64,000 bases of DNA, from the NCBI GenBank assembly GCA_965215565.1, contig CBDCDZ010000004.1:896001-960000 (forward strand). The letters are read 5' to 3'. The notes beneath the pieces are model-generated. The model searched no databases, had not been told where the DNA came from, and was given only the letters and a program-made list of their open reading frames with translations. This document shows positions 20,812 to 34,084 of this stretch, one piece after another. Position 1 is the stretch's first letter. Each line of letters starts with the position of its first letter. A program made the translations under genes and the position numbers. The stretch is from Trueperaceae bacterium (lineage in GTDB: Bacteria > Deinococcota > Deinococci > Deinococcales > Trueperaceae).

Positions 20812-23037
20812 GATAGCAGGTAGGTCATAGGTAGCGCCGGGCGTCTCGGCTTTGAGCGCGCCGAGCGCCGCCGCCTCGAGGTCAGCATCCTGGGTCAACC
20901 GGGCGGAGATACCCAAGCCTTTGAGCGCCCGCGTCCTGAGCACCTTAGCGGACGCGCCGCTCTCCGCGTTCAAGCACCAGAGCACCTGAAAGTAGCGGTG
21001 CTTCGCCTCTTTGTCGGCGCGAAGTTGCCGCGCAGAGAGGGCGGCTTGCAGGAGGTAGGGCGCGGCTTTTGCGCCGTTCCCCGCCGCGAGCCAGTGGCGC
21101 GCGGTGCATTCGGGCTTGCTCTCGGGGATTTGGGCGAGGACGAGCGCGGCGCGTTCGTGGAGCACCTGCGCCAACGCGGCAGGAATACCCGCCAAGACCG
21201 TTTCGTAGATGAGGTCGTGAACGAAGTGTTCGCCCGACAGGATTTGGGCGCGCTGGAGTTCTACTAACCCCTCGGCAACGGACAAGGGCGACATTTCGAC
21301 GAGTTCGGCGAGCGCGTGAACGCCGGGTGTAGGCAGTTCATCCCTGGTGAGCGCCTTCGCCCTCACGACGCGCAGCGCAACGTTGGAGAGCGTCTCCAAA
21401 CGGCGGCGTAGAGGCGCGCTTCCCCGGCTGACGTCACCGAGGTCCAACGTCGGCGCGGCGCTCAGATCGCTTAGCATACTCTTGAGCGCTTCGAGGGTGA
21501 GCATGGGGTTGCCGCCCGCGTAGCGGTGCAAGCGGCGAGCTAAGGAAACGCCGCCTGGCAGCTCGAGGCTCTCGACAAGCTCGCCAACCCCGTCCACGGT
21601 GAGCGGCTCGAGTTCGATACGCAGCCCCGCGCCCGACTCCAAGAGTGGCGCGAGGTAACGCGCGAACGAGGGCGGCGTCTCTTCAGGGCGGTACGCCACG
21701 ATGAGCGACGCCATGTTTTTGTCAGGGGAAAGCTGCCCGAAAGTCTGCGCCATCAGCACGTGGCTGGCGTGATCGATGTAATGAATATCGTCGGAGGATA
21801 GGGCCGCCACGCTGCGCCGTATCCGCGCGAAGAGCGAGGCAACCGCTTCGGTAAAACGCAGGTGCTTGCTAGGGGTATCTAACGGTGAAGGCGTCAAGCC
21901 TGGCGTACCTCGCGAGCGGTGCGGGGCGTGTTGCGGCAAAAGCCGCGCTAAGGCGAGCTGCTCCCAGGGCTCGAGCTGCACCTCTGGAAACGCCTGCAGA
22001 AACCGGTGGATACCTCTGGCGATCACGATATAGGGCGAATGCACGTCGCCCGGTTTCGCTTCGTTGAATAGGGAGCTTCCCAGATTCGTGAAGTCGCGCA
22101 GCAGCCGCGTCTTCCCTACCCCCGCCACGCCCGCCAAAAAGATGACCTGACCCGCCCTCTGCGCCGCCGCAAGCTGCGCCCAGACCGCTTCGCGCCCGAC
22201 GAGGCGCGGCGGGCGCAGCAGTTGGAGCGGAAGCGTGACGCGCGGCGTCGGCAGCGTACGAGCGCGGCTCTTCTCGATGAGGTGGGCGAGTTCCAAGGTC
22301 TCGGCGAGAGGTTCTGCGCCGAGTTCGCGCAACAAGGTGCGCCGACATTCGGCGAAGCGCGCCCGCGCCGCCGCCAGGTCGCCCCGGCGGTAGTGGAGAC
22401 GCATGGCGGCGCGGTAACTCGCCTCGTCCAGGGGGTCTGAAGTGGTGAGCTTTTCGGTCAGCTCGAGTGCGGCTAAGAGGTGGTCCGCTTTCTCCAAACG
22501 CGCAATCTCGCCGCGTAGCGCGGTGCGCCGCGCCTCCTCTACAGCGGCGCGGCGCTGCTCTAACCAGTCGTCAAAGGTGGGCGCGTCGGCGACGCGAACG
22601 CCCGCTAAAAGAGGGGCGGCTGAAAGCGCCAGCGCTTCCTCGTAGCGCCGCGCCCCCATCGCCCTTCCGAACGCCGCTACGTCGCTCGCTACGTTCACGC
22701 GCACTCGCTCACCCTTCTCTTTGGACCCCTCGAGCAGAAGCCAACGCGCCGCGCCCGGCAGTCGCCGCAGTTGGTAGAGCGCCTGGCGCAGATTGGCGTA
22801 CTTGCCTACGCCCCAAAACAGCTCGGCAAGCTCGTCTCTAGAGACTCCTTCGGGTCTCAGCGCGAGCAGATAGAGGAGCGCCCGCCCTTTCTGCGACGAG
22901 AGCTGCAACGGTTCGCCGCGCCACAGTAGGTGCGGCGTGCCAAAAAGCCGCGCGTCTAGAGCGTGATTCGAGTCGCTGGCGGGTCGGGTTGGGAAGGAAA
23001 ACCTCTCGAGTAAGGGGTCCACCGATGTGAAATTCAT
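20809..23037 (-). CDS. SARP/BTAD transcriptional regulator with AAA ATPase domain
   Basis: N-terminal winged HTH, BTAD (FDDWL, DPLDE..YRAAM), Walker A GVAGVGKT, GGNP, FVHDL. Confidence 0.85.
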   Translation of the reverse strand: MNFTSVDPLLERFSFPTRPASDSNHALDARLFGTPHLLWRGEPLQLSSQKGRALLYLLALRPEGVSRDELAELFWGVGKYANLRQALYQLRRLPGAARWLLLEGSKEKGERVRVNVASDVAAFGRAMGARRYEEALALSAAPLLAGVRVADAPTFDDWLEQRRAAVEEARRTALRGEIARLEKADHLLAALELTEKLTTSDPLDEASYRAAMRLHYRRGDLAAARARFAECRRTLLRELGAEPLAETLELAHLIEKSRARTLPTPRVTLPLQLLRPPRLVGREAVWAQLAAAQRAGQVIFLAGVAGVGKTRLLRDFTNLGSSLFNEAKPGDVHSPYIVIARGIHRFLQAFPEVQLEPWEQLALARLLPQHAPHRSRGTPGLTPSPLDTPSKHLRFTEAVASLFARIRRSVAALSSDDIHYIDHASHVLMAQTFGQLSPDKNMASLIVAYRPEETPPSFARYLAPLLESGAGLRIELEPLTVDGVGELVESLELPGGVSLARRLHRYAGGNPMLTLEALKSMLSDLSAAPTLDLGDVSRGSAPLRRRLETLSNVALRVVRAKALTRDELPTPGVHALAELVEMSPLSVAEGLVELQRAQILSGEHFVHDLIYETVLAGIPAALAQVLHERAALVLAQIPESKPECTARHWLAAGNGAKAAPYLLQAALSARQLRADKEAKHRYFQVLWCLNAESGASAKVLRTRALKGLGISARLTQDADLEAAALGALKAETPGATYDLPAI

Positions 23038-23127
23038 AACAGTAAGGTAGTATGGAGAGGCTGAACGCACCCTGACCGGGTTGGGCTCGTTAGTGTCGGG
23101 CTCATCGTAGGGGTCGGTCGGCGTCGC

Positions 23128-23196
23128 TTAAACGTGCCAACTTAAACATTCCGGTTTAAGCATCCGGTCTAAACGCGCCGGTCTAAACGTTATAGA
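23128..23196. repeat. Degenerate ~14-bp tandem repeat, five units
   Basis: TTAAACGTGCCAAC/TTAAACATTCCGGT/TTAAGCATCCGGT/CTAAACGCGCCGGT/CTAAACGTTATAGA. Confidence 0.65.
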
Positions 23197-23353
23197 CGCC
23201 CAACGTTTCAGACCGCGAGAAGGAAGCGTTCGCCCGCGAGCTTGACGCCGCCCCGCCGAACACGTAACAATGGTCTAGCTGAGTTCTGACTAAGCTTTTT
23301 CTCGTCTTAGTGCGGCTCAGACGCTCGAGTCAAGTTTCGTAGGCTGGAATGCT

Positions 23354-23460
23354 TAGCTTTTTCTACCCTCACTGAGCTTGTATCACGCAGATATCATCGC
23401 TTGCCGTGCGCACTAATCAGCGTTCTCGGAAGTGAGACCGGCTCAAGGTGATACCTGCTA
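23354..23460 (+). mobile_element. Family A element, degenerate copy just 5' of the riboswitch
   Basis: ACTGAG...GCAGATATCATC...GTGCG...AGTGAGA...TGATACCTGCTA. Confidence 0.7.
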
Positions 23461-23474
23461 CATACGCTCGAGAC

Positions 23475-23598
23475 CTCATCCAGAGCAACCGAGGGACCTG
23501 ACCCCGTGACGTTGCAGCAACCAACTTTCATCCAAGTGGGTGCTCCTTTCAGACCAAGCGAGCGGGGTCACGATGACCTCTCTCACTGGAAAGATGAG
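23475..23598 (+). ncRNA. SAM-I (S-box) riboswitch
   Basis: P1 CTCATC/GATGAG, CAGAG, GAGGGAC, GCAACC, GGTGC and GAAAGATGAG core motifs, directly upstream of metF-metH. Confidence 0.9.
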
Positions 23599-23705
23599 AA
23601 GGCTCTCGTTTGTGACCCTTCTTCAATTCGCTTACACGCCTACTCAGGAGGGTTCGTCATGACATGTATTCCCGCTACCGGTAAAAAAGCTGAAGAGGTG
23701 CTCTT

Positions 23706-24575
23706 GTGAGCTTAACCCGAAGGCTCGGCAGAGACTTCTCTGTGACCGCGGAGTTAGAGCCGCCCCGCAGTGCAGCGCCAGACAGCGCTTTTAGACAAGC
23801 CGCCGAAGCCCAGCCCTACGTCCACGCCGTGAATATCTCCGACGCGCCGATGGCGAACTTGCGCATGAGCCCTATCGCCTTGGCGCACCTCATTCAGTCG
23901 CGCTTTGATTTAGAGACGATCTTTCACCTCACCTGCCGCGACCGCAATGTGTTAGCCCTCCAGTCCGAACTTTTAGGCGCAGCCGCGTTGGGCGTCAAGA
24001 ACGTTCTTACGCTCACAGGGGATCCGCCCACGCGCGGCGACCACCCCGACGCCAGAGGCGTTTTTGATGTGGACGTGCTCGGGCTCATTAGTTTAGTCAA
24101 AAACCTCAACCGAGGCCAAACGAGGGGGCGTGACCTGGAAGCGCCGACGAACCTCTCCGTCGCTGCGGCTGCCAACCCGAGCGCGAAGGATTTAGAGGTT
24201 GAGGTCTCTAAGTTCAACGCCAAGTTAGAAGCAGGTGCTCACTTTTTTCAAACCCAACCGGTTTTTAGCGTGGAGGACGTGGTGAGGTTTAGAGAGGCCT
24301 TCGGCGGTAAGCCGCCCGCACCCGTCCTTTACGGCGTTTTACCCGTACGCAGCGTGAAGATGGCGAAGACCGTCTCGAAGTGGTGCAACGTGCCGAGTGA
24401 GCTTCTCGAGGGGTTGGAGCGTGACGGACAAGCCGCTGGGCTCCGCTGGGTCAAGCAGCTCGTCGCGGACTTACGCACGCTCGGTGTGGACGGCGTCCAC
24501 GTGTATCCGCTCGGGCGCACGGAGCTGTTAGGAGAATTTTTAGAGCCCACAGAAGAGGTTGTGAGCTATGCGTAA
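23706..24575 (+). CDS. metF: Methylenetetrahydrofolate reductase
   Basis: ELEPP, HLTCRDRN, LTGDPP, FFQTQPVF. Confidence 0.88.
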   Translation: MSLTRRLGRDFSVTAELEPPRSAAPDSAFRQAAEAQPYVHAVNISDAPMANLRMSPIALAHLIQSRFDLETIFHLTCRDRNVLALQSELLGAAALGVKNVLTLTGDPPTRGDHPDARGVFDVDVLGLISLVKNLNRGQTRGRDLEAPTNLSVAAAANPSAKDLEVEVSKFNAKLEAGAHFFQTQPVFSVEDVVRFREAFGGKPPAPVLYGVLPVRSVKMAKTVSKWCNVPSELLEGLERDGQAAGLRWVKQLVADLRTLGVDGVHVYPLGRTELLGEFLEPTEEVVSYA

Positions 24576-24580
24576 GGTAG

Positions 24581-24763
24581 TAGCAGTTCCACTTATCGTT
24601 GCTTGGACGAAGTCATGCGAAGCAACACTTCTTCGCAGATCTCAGTTCGAAGAACTAGCGTTACGGGCAGGCCGCCCTGCCGTTGCGGAACTTCATCATC
24701 TAAAGTGCGTGCTAGGCGATGTTCTCTTTAGTGAGGGTGTAGCTGACCAGATGATACCTGCTA
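24581..24763 (+). mobile_element. Family A element with internal inserts, between metF and metH
   Basis: TAGCAGTTCC...ACCAGATGATACCTGCTA with internal GC-rich hairpin module. Confidence 0.85.
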
Positions 24764-24931
24764 TAGCAATGAGCAACGAGCAATGAGTAAAACCCCAAAG
24801 ATTTTGACTCATTGCTCATACAGGTTACGGCGTAAAGCCAGTCGCGCAGGTCGAGGCTCACGCCGTAGCACTTTACGTGCTCACCTGTTTCAGCGATCAC
24901 CTGTGCTTTCAACTCATTGCTTGAGCATCTC

Positions 24932-28633
<3,702 letters not shown>

Positions 28634-28649
28634 GCTGGTATAATGAGGC

Positions 28650-29225
28650 GTGGCACTGACTCGGTCAACGTGGCAGAGCGAACTAGGCGAACCTCAAAGC
28701 GTGCGCTTTACGCTTCAGGACTACTACAAAATGGCTGAGGTGGGCGTCCTCAAAGCGGATAAGCGCTACGAGCTTCTCGGCGGAGTGGTACTCGAAGTGC
28801 ATCCCATCAGCCCCGCCCACAACTACGCCGTTAAGAGTTTGTCGGATCAGTTCAACACTTGTGTCGGCGAGAACTTTACCGTCTTCTCTCAAGGACCCCT
28901 TCAGTTTGACGACAGTGAGCCCCAGCCCGATGTCATGCTCTTGAAACCGCCCACTGAACAGTACCGGCAACGTCACCCTGTTCCCGAAGATGTCTTACTC
29001 GTCATTGAGGTGGCCAACGCCACCTTGCAGACAGACCGCACGACTAAGCTGCAACTCTACGCAGGCGCGGGCATACCCGAATACTGGATTTTGAACCTGC
29101 AAAAACCGCAGTTAGAGGTGCACCGGAATCCCGACATCCAAGAGGCGCGGTACAGAGAGGTCAAGACGTTTTCAGAAGAAGAGGTTGCTAGGTTCGGTGA
29201 ATGCGAGGTGGCGTGGTGGGAGTGA
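28650..29225 (+). CDS. Uma2/DUF820 family endonuclease-like protein
   Basis: RYELL.G, EPQPD, LVIEV, YAGAGIPEYWI; GTG 5 nt after TATAAT. Confidence 0.88.
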   Translation: MALTRSTWQSELGEPQSVRFTLQDYYKMAEVGVLKADKRYELLGGVVLEVHPISPAHNYAVKSLSDQFNTCVGENFTVFSQGPLQFDDSEPQPDVMLLKPPTEQYRQRHPVPEDVLLVIEVANATLQTDRTTKLQLYAGAGIPEYWILNLQKPQLEVHRNPDIQEARYREVKTFSEEEVARFGECEVAWWE

Positions 29226-29329
29226 AGAATCCCGGTTGCTCTACTTCTGAGAGCACGCCATAAAAAAGAACCCCAAGATATTGAGATTCTTTTTCGAGCG
29301 TTTAGACCCCGGCTCGAGCGGGGTTTAAT

Positions 29330-29728
29330 TTATTCAAGCCACCAATGTAAATCCCCGAAAGCCGCCTCCTTGAATACACGAAAAAAGCCTCTCAATTCTT
29401 CGTACGCATATTTCGGATTTCTCCGAACTGCGTCGGGTGCGGATGCTTTTTCTCTCAAGGTTACGATTGCTGGAGAGCGAGTTCCAGCGGTCATCCGTTC
29501 GGCTGTTTCCAAGCCATATAGCTCTGCAACTAAAGCTACGACCTCTCCCGCTAGACGGAAAGCCTGTCTCGGCTTCAAATTCCAAAAATATTTTTTTAGA
29601 AATGCCCGGCGAGATTCATACCTCTTTTGCGCCTTTTTAAGGCTGTGTTTAGGCCACCGCTCTAAATATAGAGAATATATATCTTGGAAGGGGCGCTTAC
29701 TTAGTGAATTCCTTTCTAAAACTGTCAT
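29330..29728 (-). CDS. Hypothetical basic protein in an AT-rich patch
   Basis: 132-aa ORF, no recognisable motif; hairpins downstream. Confidence 0.5.
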   Translation of the reverse strand: MTVLERNSLSKRPFQDIYSLYLERWPKHSLKKAQKRYESRRAFLKKYFWNLKPRQAFRLAGEVVALVAELYGLETAERMTAGTRSPAIVTLREKASAPDAVRRNPKYAYEELRGFFRVFKEAAFGDLHWWLE

Positions 29729-30104
29729 AAGGTTTTTCTGGTTGACTTTGATTGCATCCTTGCTAATCGTCTGGATTAGAAGGCTGCCTCAAAGTAGCAT
29801 AAACTGTTACAGCAACGATCTTTTAAGCGATACTTCAACTCACCAATATGCAGTTCATTACTGCATTATCTCAGGAACGTTGCCATTTCCCCTACTCAAT
29901 AGATGAGCTTTTTGCACCATAGTTAGATAGAAGATCAAAAAAGGAGGCAAGAGGTTGACTTGTAAGAAACCTGCCGCCTTGCCCTATCCAGAATAGATAT
30001 ATCTGCTTAACCAATATGTACGTGTAAGACACATATCACTTCGATAAGTCGAGCGTCCCTTAAACTGACTTAGTGCTTACCTCTCCCCTACCCCGCAACC
30101 TCTT

Positions 30105-31247
30105 ATGATCCTCATCGTCGGCGCAGGACCCGCCGGGCTCGCCACGGCGTACTACCTCCAGCAGAGGGGTCTCCCCTTTCGCATCTTGGAGAAGGACGCG
30201 GCGGGCGCAACCTGGCGCAACCACTACGACCACTTGCACCTGCACAGCTTAAAGGGCGTTTCGGCCTTGCCGGGGCTCCCGATGCCCGAGGACTATCCGC
30301 CCTTTCCGTCAGGGGAGCAAGTGGCACAGTATTTGGCGGCTTACGCGGCGCACTTCGACTTTCCCACCGAGCGCGGCGTCCGGGTGACGGAGGCGCGTTA
30401 CGAGGATAGCTGGCAACTCACCACGACGAGAGGTCGTTTTGACGCGGAGGTGCTCGTTGCAGCAACGGGCATCTGGAGCACGCCGCACCGCCCTCACTTC
30501 GCGGGCGAAGAGGTATTTACGGGGCAGATTCTCCACTCGAGAGACTACAAGCGCCCTGAGCCTTTTACGGGTCAGCGCGTGCTCGTCGTCGGCGTGGGCA
30601 ACTCCGGCTCAGAGGTGGCGGTGGGGCTCGCCAGACAGGGTACCAAGGTTGACATCGCCGTGCGGAGCGGCGTGAGGATGGTTCCTTACCCTAAGTCGGA
30701 GACGCTGACGCGGTTGACGAGTTGGACGTTGCGTCGTCTGCCCAGAAGCGTCGCGAACCGTTTGCTCAAGCTCGCGCAACGTGACTTTTCGGAGATCGGC
30801 TTACCGCTTCCCGAGAGACCCATTGTAGACGTCTACCCCGTCGTCGGCTTTGGGTTGGTGGAAGAGGTCGAAGCGGGACGTATAGACGTTAAGGCGGGGC
30901 TGTCGCACTTTTCGCAAGAGGGTGTTCACTTTGCAGATGGACAGCGTGAACATTACGACGTGGTGATCTTGGCGACGGGCTACAGACCGAGTTTGGGGTT
31001 TTTAGAGGGAGAGGTTGACACGGACGCTAAGGGCTTGCCGAGGCTCGAGCCCCCCCACGACGTCCGCTCGGTTCAAAACCCCACTCTCTTCTGCGTCGGC
31101 TACCACTACCCCACCAACGAAGCGTGGTTCCAAGCCCTACCCCGCGTTGCCAAAGAAGCCGCTGAGGAGATTGCGCAGACGCACGCTGGAGCTATTCCCG
31201 TGAAGACGCCCGAAAAGGACACCCAAAAAAACATCGTAGGCGCGTAG
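30105..31247 (+). CDS. Flavin-containing monooxygenase (FMO/CzcO-like)
   Basis: GAGPAG, FxGxxxHSxxY, GVGNSG, ATGY. Confidence 0.9.
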   Translation: MILIVGAGPAGLATAYYLQQRGLPFRILEKDAAGATWRNHYDHLHLHSLKGVSALPGLPMPEDYPPFPSGEQVAQYLAAYAAHFDFPTERGVRVTEARYEDSWQLTTTRGRFDAEVLVAATGIWSTPHRPHFAGEEVFTGQILHSRDYKRPEPFTGQRVLVVGVGNSGSEVAVGLARQGTKVDIAVRSGVRMVPYPKSETLTRLTSWTLRRLPRSVANRLLKLAQRDFSEIGLPLPERPIVDVYPVVGFGLVEEVEAGRIDVKAGLSHFSQEGVHFADGQREHYDVVILATGYRPSLGFLEGEVDTDAKGLPRLEPPHDVRSVQNPTLFCVGYHYPTNEAWFQALPRVAKEAAEEIAQTHAGAIPVKTPEKDTQKNIVGA

Positions 31248-31291
31248 CCTGACGCCCCGTTCTCCTCTTTCCCTCACGGTAGGCTCAGAGG

Positions 31292-32056
31292 ATGCTACTT
31301 GCTTTTGACTTAGACAACACGATTATCACGGCGGATGACCGCTTACCGGACGACATCGCCGCGGCGATTCGCTCAGCCAGGGAACGGGGACACGAGGTTT
31401 CCGTTCTGACAGGACGTCCTCACAGCTCGGCCATAGCGTTCATCGAGCGCTTAGAGGTCAGCCATTACAGCGTGAACAACGGGGCGCTTGTCGTGGGCGA
31501 CGGTGAGGTTTTAGAGCGCACCGTGATCCCGCAGCGAGAGGTGCAGGCGTTGGCGAAGCGGTACGTCGGGGACGAGACCCTCGAGTACGCCTTTATGCAG
31601 GGCGACACCATCTTCGTTCGCGACCCCGGCGACAAACGCTGGACCTGGGCGCACACGTCGAACCGCAACGTCGAACCCTTCGGAAACCACGAGGTGAAAG
31701 AGGCGGACAAGATCGTCTTTGCGACAGAGGGGCGCGGCGCGGCGATGTTAGAAGAGATCAGCGCGGCGCACCCCGAACTGGTTCTGTACCTCTGGGGTGA
31801 CGGCTTTTTAGAGGTTACGGGGGAAGGGGCGCATAAGGGAGCCGCGCTCAAACGCCTCTCGGAAGCGTTGTGCGTGCCGCAGCGCGAGACCGTCGCTTTC
31901 GGTGACGGCGTCAACGACGTGACGATGCTGCAGTGGGCGGGGCGCAGCGTCGCGGTAGGGCACGCCTACGATGAGGTGAAAAACGTCGCCGACGAGCACA
32001 TCCCTTCGCCCGAAGAGGGGGGCGTGGCGCGGTGGATCGAGGACAACCTCCTATGA
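31292..32056 (+). CDS. Cof-type HAD hydrolase
   Basis: FDLDNT, TGR, HKG, FGDGVND. Confidence 0.9.
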   Translation: MLLAFDLDNTIITADDRLPDDIAAAIRSARERGHEVSVLTGRPHSSAIAFIERLEVSHYSVNNGALVVGDGEVLERTVIPQREVQALAKRYVGDETLEYAFMQGDTIFVRDPGDKRWTWAHTSNRNVEPFGNHEVKEADKIVFATEGRGAAMLEEISAAHPELVLYLWGDGFLEVTGEGAHKGAALKRLSEALCVPQRETVAFGDGVNDVTMLQWAGRSVAVGHAYDEVKNVADEHIPSPEEGGVARWIEDNLL

Positions 32057-32184
32057 AACAGCGCGAAACGGCAGATGGTACTAGCGTGTAACCCCGGTGA
32101 GTACATCTGCCTCTATCTCGTCCTTTAATTCACTTGTTATTTTGAGACTCCGTGTGCTAAGGTGCGGTGCAAAAGGCACAGTTT

Positions 32185-32308
32185 ATACGGTTTCCGGTTA
32201 ATTCTCAAAAGAATTAACCCGAGCAGAGCGAGTAGAAAAAAATACGGATTCCGCTGAGAACGGAAGAAACTCGAAAGAGTTTATGCAGTGTTCAGCCGGA
32301 ATCCGTAT
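32185..32308 (+). mobile_element. Family B element, copy 2
   Basis: ATACGGTTTCCGG...CCGGAATCCGTAT near-perfect terminal inverted repeat. Confidence 0.85.
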
Positions 32309-32354
32309 GAGACGGCGAAATCAGAGCGGCTTTGAGTGGCGAAGGGGGTATGAG

Positions 32355-32642
32355 ATGGACGCGCAGCCAGTGCTTAGAGAAGACGGACTCGTGACGGTGA
32401 CCAAAGCGAAGCGTGCCCTTCTCACCCTGAGCGAATTTCTCCCTTCGTACCGCGACCTCTGCGGTAACGCGCCCTACTACTACGCAGTCAGTGAGGTGGA
32501 GCGGCTAGAGGGTGAAATTGTGCGGGTCTCGAGTTCCGCCGAGGACCTCTTCCACTTGACCCAGAGCATCGTCTCGCAAACGCACGGCTTAGCCCAGGCG
32601 ATCCGCGCCGCCAAAGGGCGCGGGGTAGAGCCGGACGCCTGA
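32355..32642 (+). CDS. Small hypothetical helical protein (95 aa)
   Basis: AAGGGGG upstream of ATG, host-like codons, followed by an intrinsic terminator. Confidence 0.65.
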   Translation: MDAQPVLREDGLVTVTKAKRALLTLSEFLPSYRDLCGNAPYYYAVSEVERLEGEIVRVSSSAEDLFHLTQSIVSQTHGLAQAIRAAKGRGVEPDA

Positions 32643-32657
32643 TATCAGCTAAACGTG

Positions 32658-32690
32658 GAGGCTGAGTACGTTTGTACTCAGCCTCTTTTT
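32658..32690 (+). terminator. Intrinsic terminator
   Basis: GAGGCTGAGTAC-GTTT-GTACTCAGCCTC-TTTTT. Confidence 0.8.
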
Positions 32691-32727
32691 GGTCCTCGAG
32701 CAGACTCCGATAAATTTTCCTAAGCTA

Positions 32728-32977
32728 GAGCAGTTCCACGACACACTGAGACAGTTGAACGCAGGTCTCTGTCCGCAAGGACTAGCGTTACGGGCAGGCC
32801 GCCCTGCCGTTGCGGGATTTCACCCCTTAAAGTGCGTGCTAATTACGAAGTTTTCCGCAGGAAACAGCGTTTCACAAAGTGAGAGTGTTGCTTCGCTTAC
32901 GAAGTTTCCCTTTCGCGTTCGCGAAAACGGTGTAACCGGGGAAAACTTCGTACACTCTGACCAGATGATACCTGCTA
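32728..32977 (+). mobile_element. Family A element, longest copy, with several inserts
   Basis: AGCAGTTCC...ACCAGATGATACCTGCTA, 250 bp versus about 110 bp for the minimal copies. Confidence 0.85.
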
Positions 32978-33970
32978 CTAGAGCGCTCCGACCTCTTGCA
33001 GGAGTTGCAGCGTGCCCTCCAAGTCGTCCAGATTCGAGAGGTTGATGTCGGGTGTTTCCAGCTCGCTTAGCGGCGTAAGGAGCGGGTTCGTTTCGATGCC
33101 GGGGGTGAGCGGATATTCAAAGACTTCGTCGGCGAAGTGCTGCTGCGCGTTTTCAGACAGTAGGTACGCGACGAACTGCTGCGCCAACTCAGGCTGGTCA
33201 CTGGACGCTAAGATTCCTGCGCCCGCCACGTTGACTAAAGAGCCGATGTCGGCGTCCTCTGGGTAGAGGTTGCGCACCGGAAAGTCGTCGCCTTGCTCGT
33301 CCAAAAAGCGGAAGAGGTAGTAGTGGTTGACTAGGCCAAAGTCGATCTCGCCGCGCCCCGCCGCTTCGATCTGTGAGCTGTTGTTAGGATAGACCTGGAC
33401 GCCATTCGCTATCATTCCTTCCAACCACTCGCGGGTACGCTCTTCACCCTCGACTACGCGCATCGCCGTCACGAACGCTTGAAAGGAACCGTTCGTGGGA
33501 GCCCAGCCGACGCGCCCCTGAAAGCGCGCGCCGGTAAGGTCGAAGACGCTCTCGGGCAGTTCGTCATCGCTGACGTTCTCCGTGTTGTAAGCGATAACCC
33601 GCGCGCGCCCCGTCACGCCTATCCAAGCGCCCTCTTGACTGCGGAAGCGCGCGTCTACCTGCTCTAAAACTTCGCTCGGCAATTCGGTGAAGCGCCCTCC
33701 ATCTTGCAACGCGCCTAGCGCCCCTGCGTCCTGCGCCAAAAAGACATCGGCGGGGCTATTCTCGCCCTCCTCCAAAATCGTCGCGGCGAGTTCGGCGGTG
33801 TCGCCGTAGCGCACCTCCACGTCGACGCCTGTTTCCGCCTCGAAGTCTTCGACGACGGGTTCGACAAACGCTTCGTTGCGCCCCGAATAAACGGTCAAGG
33901 TTTGCGCGAAGGTATGTCCCAGCAAGCTCAATGTTAAGATAAACGCCGTGGCGTTCCGTAGATTACGCAT
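32978..33970 (-). CDS. Iron(III) ABC transporter substrate-binding protein (FbpA/FutA-like)
   Basis: TVYSGR, EGENSPAD, GRARVIAYN, NHYY, EYP. Confidence 0.9.
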   Translation of the reverse strand: MRNLRNATAFILTLSLLGHTFAQTLTVYSGRNEAFVEPVVEDFEAETGVDVEVRYGDTAELAATILEEGENSPADVFLAQDAGALGALQDGGRFTELPSEVLEQVDARFRSQEGAWIGVTGRARVIAYNTENVSDDELPESVFDLTGARFQGRVGWAPTNGSFQAFVTAMRVVEGEERTREWLEGMIANGVQVYPNNSSQIEAAGRGEIDFGLVNHYYLFRFLDEQGDDFPVRNLYPEDADIGSLVNVAGAGILASSDQPELAQQFVAYLLSENAQQHFADEVFEYPLTPGIETNPLLTPLSELETPDINLSNLDDLEGTLQLLQEVGAL

Positions 33971-33995
33971 TTCATCACCCAACTCTTCACAGATT

Positions 33996-34084
33996 TAATC
34001 CCAAGCAACTTAGTCGGGATTAGTGAAAGCATCTTATAAAGGTGCGCGCGGGCTTGTCAATACCTGAGCGTTTGAGTCGGGATT
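33996..34084 (-). promoter_or_regulatory. sigma70-type promoter (TTGACA at 34060-34055) flanked by two related 25-bp operator-like boxes
   Basis: AATCCCAAGCAACTTAGTCGGGATT (33997-34021) and ATACCTGAGCGTTTGAGTCGGGATT (34060-34084). Confidence 0.6.

Noticed and set aside
23506..23709. 67-aa ORF as a leader peptide
   Set aside because: It overlaps the SAM-I aptamer and has no Met-rich run or RBS.
24568..24786. ORFs 24568-24786, 32689-33045, 2569-2793 and 40418-40618, some sharing peptide strings such as LALRAGRPAVA
   Set aside because: They are translations of the non-coding family A repeat.
29370..29906. 178-aa plus-strand ORF
   Set aside because: It is antisense to the more protein-like 29330-29728 ORF and lacks an RBS; likely a shadow ORF.
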